The position numbers were made by a program, and so were the translations under genes. From assembly GCA_965261455.1 (NCBI GenBank), contig OZ253453.1, forward strand, positions 3,447,372-3,511,371: DNA of 64,000 nt. Reading direction: 5' to 3'. Positions 63,508-64,000 of this stretch are shown here, piece after piece. A model generated the notes under the pieces. That model made no database searches and had not been told where the DNA came from. It saw only the letters and a program-made list of their open reading frames with translations. This DNA is from Dehalococcoidia bacterium (lineage in GTDB: Bacteria; Chloroflexota; Dehalococcoidia; SHYB01). Position 1 is the first letter of the stretch. Each line of letters starts with the position of its first letter.

Positions 63508-64000
63508 ACCGCACCGCCTCGCAGATTTGCTCAAGCTCACGCTCCTCGATCGAGAGCGGCGGCATCACCACGATCGTCTCACCCAGCGGCCGGACGAAGA
63601 CTCCGCGGTCACGCGCACCCAGGCACGCCGACCACGCCGCCGGCGCCGACGAGACCTCGATCCCCGTCATCAGTCCCTGTTGGCGGACCTCCGCCACCAG
63701 CGGATGCCCCGCGATCATCTCGTGCAGCATCTCGCTCAACGCCGCCGACCGCCGGCCCACCCGCTCCAGCACCGGCTCGGACTCGAAGATGTCCAGGCTC
63801 GCCACCGCCGCCGCGCACGCGATCGGATTGCCGCCGTAGGTGTGCCCATGATAGAGCGTCTTGCCGTAGTCTTCGTCATCATAGAAGGCGTCGTACACTC
63901 GGTCCGCCGCCGCCGTCGCCGAAAGCGGCAGGTAGCCCCCGCTCAGGCCCTTCCCCAGCGCCATGATGTCCGGGGTCACGCCTTCCAGGTCGCAGGCGAA
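63464..64000 (-). CDS. bioA: Adenosylmethionine-8-amino-7-oxononanoate aminotransferase, C-terminal part (gene continues beyond the window)
   Basis: …GKGLSGGYLPLSA…HGHTYGGNP… class-III aminotransferase C-terminus. Confidence 0.8.
   Translation of the reverse strand, partial: FACDLEGVTPDIMALGKGLSGGYLPLSATAAADRVYDAFYDDEDYGKTLYHGHTYGGNPIACAAAVASLDIFESEPVLERVGRRSAALSEMLHEMIAGHPLVAEVRQQGLMTGIEVSSAPAAWSACLGARDRGVFVRPLGETIVVMPPLSIEERELEQICEAVRYGLDDAARSAPGVG

Overview
This window is high-G+C bacterial chromosomal DNA, estimated by eye at about 70% G+C. Its gene content suggests an F420-using Actinobacteria/Chloroflexi-type genome: four luciferase-like (LLM) oxidoreductases, many SDR, acyl-CoA dehydrogenase and amidohydrolase-2 genes, and Ku. 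Most long antisense ORFs in the supplied track are high-GC artefacts and are not annotated.

Core genes, in order:
- a coxM-S-L-type molybdenum hydroxylase operon followed by a MoaD-like gene;
- fabF overlapping recJ;
- a CcdA-thioredoxin fusion and a tandem family-III CoA-transferase fusion;
- a Rieske protein with two 6-pyruvoyl-tetrahydropterin-synthase paralogs and an SDR;
- rpiB;
- a peptide-type ABC uptake system (binding protein plus two permeases, no ATPase in the window) followed by a D-aminoacylase;
- Ku;
- bioD-bioF-bioA (bioA runs off the window end).

Visibly lower-GC accessory insertions interrupt this backbone:
- A 2.4 kb island (25664-28118) encodes a 777-aa protein with Swt1-like HEPN, STAND/NB-ARC NTPase and TPR domains. 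It is flanked by about 128-bp direct repeats, both copies of the 3' end of the upstream LLM gene.
- A two-gene module of uncharacterised proteins (16451-18392) each carries classical PD-(D/E)xK nuclease motifs. This is the most plausible candidate for an undescribed conflict system.
- A VapBC cassette (30596-31245) is likewise bounded by a degenerate duplicate of the neighbouring gene's 3' end. A second Phd-VapC pair lies at 21853-22525.
- Two DUF4411 (PIN-like) modules are present: 278-760, and 49259-50912 paired with an XRE-ImmA/IrrE metallopeptidase that splits two paralogous amidohydrolase genes.
- A low-GC dCTP-deaminase-like gene with small hypothetical genes lies at 34201-35395.

Other notable elements:
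- A mosaic family of palindromic intergenic repeat modules recurs at seven or more loci. The ORFs the track reports inside them are artefacts.
- Two tandem hairpin-plus-terminator-like units of about 90 bp lie at 38935-39170.
- A secreted lipoprotein (4979-5938) carries twelve W-x-C-x-G mini-repeats.
- Three genes are apparently frameshifted (GH57-like, GH63-like, DUF1330).

No tRNA, rRNA or CRISPR array was recognised. Because all coordinates and repeat alignments were read by eye from the sequence, they may be off by a few nucleotides.
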